Shown one piece after another: positions 15,316 through 16,258 of a stretch of 16,258 nucleotides of DNA. Within the stretch, counting starts at the first letter, position 1. The number at the start of each line of letters is the position of its first letter. Made by a program: the position numbers and the translations under genes. This stretch comes from a virus (Duplodnaviria; Heunggongvirae; Uroviricota; Caudoviricetes): IMG/VR virus record IMGVR_UViG_3300011772_000022, positions 1-16,258 of that record. One strand, 5' to 3'. Below the pieces are notes generated by a model. The model was not told the DNA's origin. It saw only the letters and a program-made list of their open reading frames with translations, and ran no database searches.

Positions 15316-16258
15316 TATGCTTCGTTCCCTTCACTTAGAATTTCCCCAGTTTCAGGGTCTACCTCTTCACCATTTTCTGTAACCAGTGTTAATTCTTCTT
15401 TCTCTTTCTTCTTGCCCGCAGGTGGCGCTCCTTCTAGGGCAGCTTTCAATGTTTTCTCCTCCACCACTTTGCGAATTTCTGGATTCAGTTCTAAGAAGTC
15501 CAATACCTTATCGATACCTTGTAAATTCCAGTCATCATTACCTAATACCTTGTAGTACGAACCGTTCTGCTGAATGATGCCGTAGTATTTAGCGTAAGCA
15601 GCAATCTCTTTTAGATGGTCGATTTCCCCTGCCTTGAATCCTTTTCTTGATTCCATTACGTAGATATCAAATATCCCTGAGCGCATTGGAGCAAACGTTT
15701 TGTTCTTTTCCGTCTTGAATTTCAATTGGTGACCAACGTAAACCTCTTTACCACCTGCATCCTTCTCCATGTACTTATCGCCACGGCGAACCTTGATGAT
15801 AATAGATGTGAAGAACTCTTGCCCCATTCCTCCCGGTAATACTTCAGGATTGTATTTATCCATTCCGGCACGTAATTGGTTAATGATAATAATTGCAGGT
15901 TGCTCTTTCTCTTCCTCGATAGAACCCATATTGAGTATCCCCTGTGACTTACGGAAGAATTTGTTGTTCATTTTAGCGTTACCACCCATTGCTTCTGTAT
16001 CACTCATTGAGTTTTCTAGTTCTTTTGCTGAAGCCATTGCAGCTAAAGAATCAACAACAACCATCGATACATCTGGTAATTGCATCATTGCTAGAGCAAT
16101 ATCCAGTGCATCTTCTGCTACTTCTGGACGTACGACCTGTAATCGGTCAAGGTCAATTCCAAAGTTCTCTGCCCATTCAGCATCGAATGTACCCTCTTGG
16201 TCAATCCATACCGCTTCTTTGTCTGCATATTTCTTTTGTGCTTCTGCCACGCCTTTGT
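15315..16258 (-). CDS. recA: Phage RecA-family recombinase, 5'-truncated by the window edge
   Basis: AEAQK, VWIDQEG, GIDLDRL, Walker B VVVDS, IIINQLR, PGG and KNK motifs. The frame is open to position 16258, so the track's GTG 16250 is not the start; Walker A lies outside the window. Confidence 0.9.
   Translation of the reverse strand, partial: KGVAEAQKKYADKEAVWIDQEGTFDAEWAENFGIDLDRLQVVRPEVAEDALDIALAMMQLPDVSMVVVDSLAAMASAKELENSMSDTEAMGGNAKMNNKFFRKSQGILNMGSIEEEKEQPAIIIINQLRAGMDKYNPEVLPGGMGQEFFTSIIIKVRRGDKYMEKDAGGKEVYVGHQLKFKTEKNKTFAPMRSGIFDIYVMESRKGFKAGEIDHLKEIAAYAKYYGIIQQNGSYYKVLGNDDWNLQGIDKVLDFLELNPEIRKVVEEKTLKAALEGAPPAGKKKEKEELTLVTENGEEVDPETGEILSEGNEA

Larger units (their letters stand above)
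1..16258 (-). mobile_element. Phage genome segment (DNA replication/recombination, nucleotide metabolism and DNA-modification region) of a Bacillota phage
   Basis: Single-strand, tightly coupled gene run mixing RecA, two resolvase-like genes, a Cas4-like nuclease, NrdIEF, ThyA, DHFR, Que genes and many small hypotheticals; no housekeeping synteny. No integrase or structural genes in the window, so lytic versus temperate cannot be decided. Confidence 0.9.

Noticed and set aside
73-15577. All plus-strand ORFs in the track (for example 967..1353, 4461..4877, 6113..6385, 12245..12553)
   Set aside because: They lie antisense to well-supported minus-strand genes or across the promoter region and show no RBS or recognisable motifs.
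16241-16258. GTG 16250 as the recA start
   Set aside because: The frame stays open to the window edge and the Walker A motif is missing, so the gene begins outside the window.

Overview
A 16.3-kb segment of a large tailed dsDNA phage (or prophage) of a spore-forming Bacillota host, judged from AGGAGG-type RBSs, sigmaA-type promoters, and SpoVS, AbrB and YmaB homologues. Every credible gene is on the minus strand, densely packed with ATGA/TAATG overlaps; the plus-strand ORFs in the track look like shadows. In transcription order (right to left) it holds: recA (5'-truncated), small hypotheticals and an AbrB-like regulator, a PD-(D/E)XK resolvase-like gene, a dNTP-supply block (nrdI-nrdE-nrdF, YmaB-like Nudix, thyA, DHFR), then a sigmaA-like promoter and structured leader. 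After that comes a long coupled operon: Cas4-like exonuclease, two hypotheticals, RuvC-like resolvase, spoVS, queD with a C-terminal fusion, a DUF1599/Nmad1-like protein, a 2-TM protein, queE, three coiled-coil/unknown proteins and queC. The queC gene runs off the left edge and is missing from the ORF track; I translated it by hand. The most notable signals are a queD/queE/queC 7-deazaguanine pathway interleaved with uncharacterised genes, a purine-riboswitch-like but non-canonical RNA fold in that operon's leader, and an apparent total absence of GATC, GGCC and CCWGG. All family assignments are from motif recognition, not database searches.
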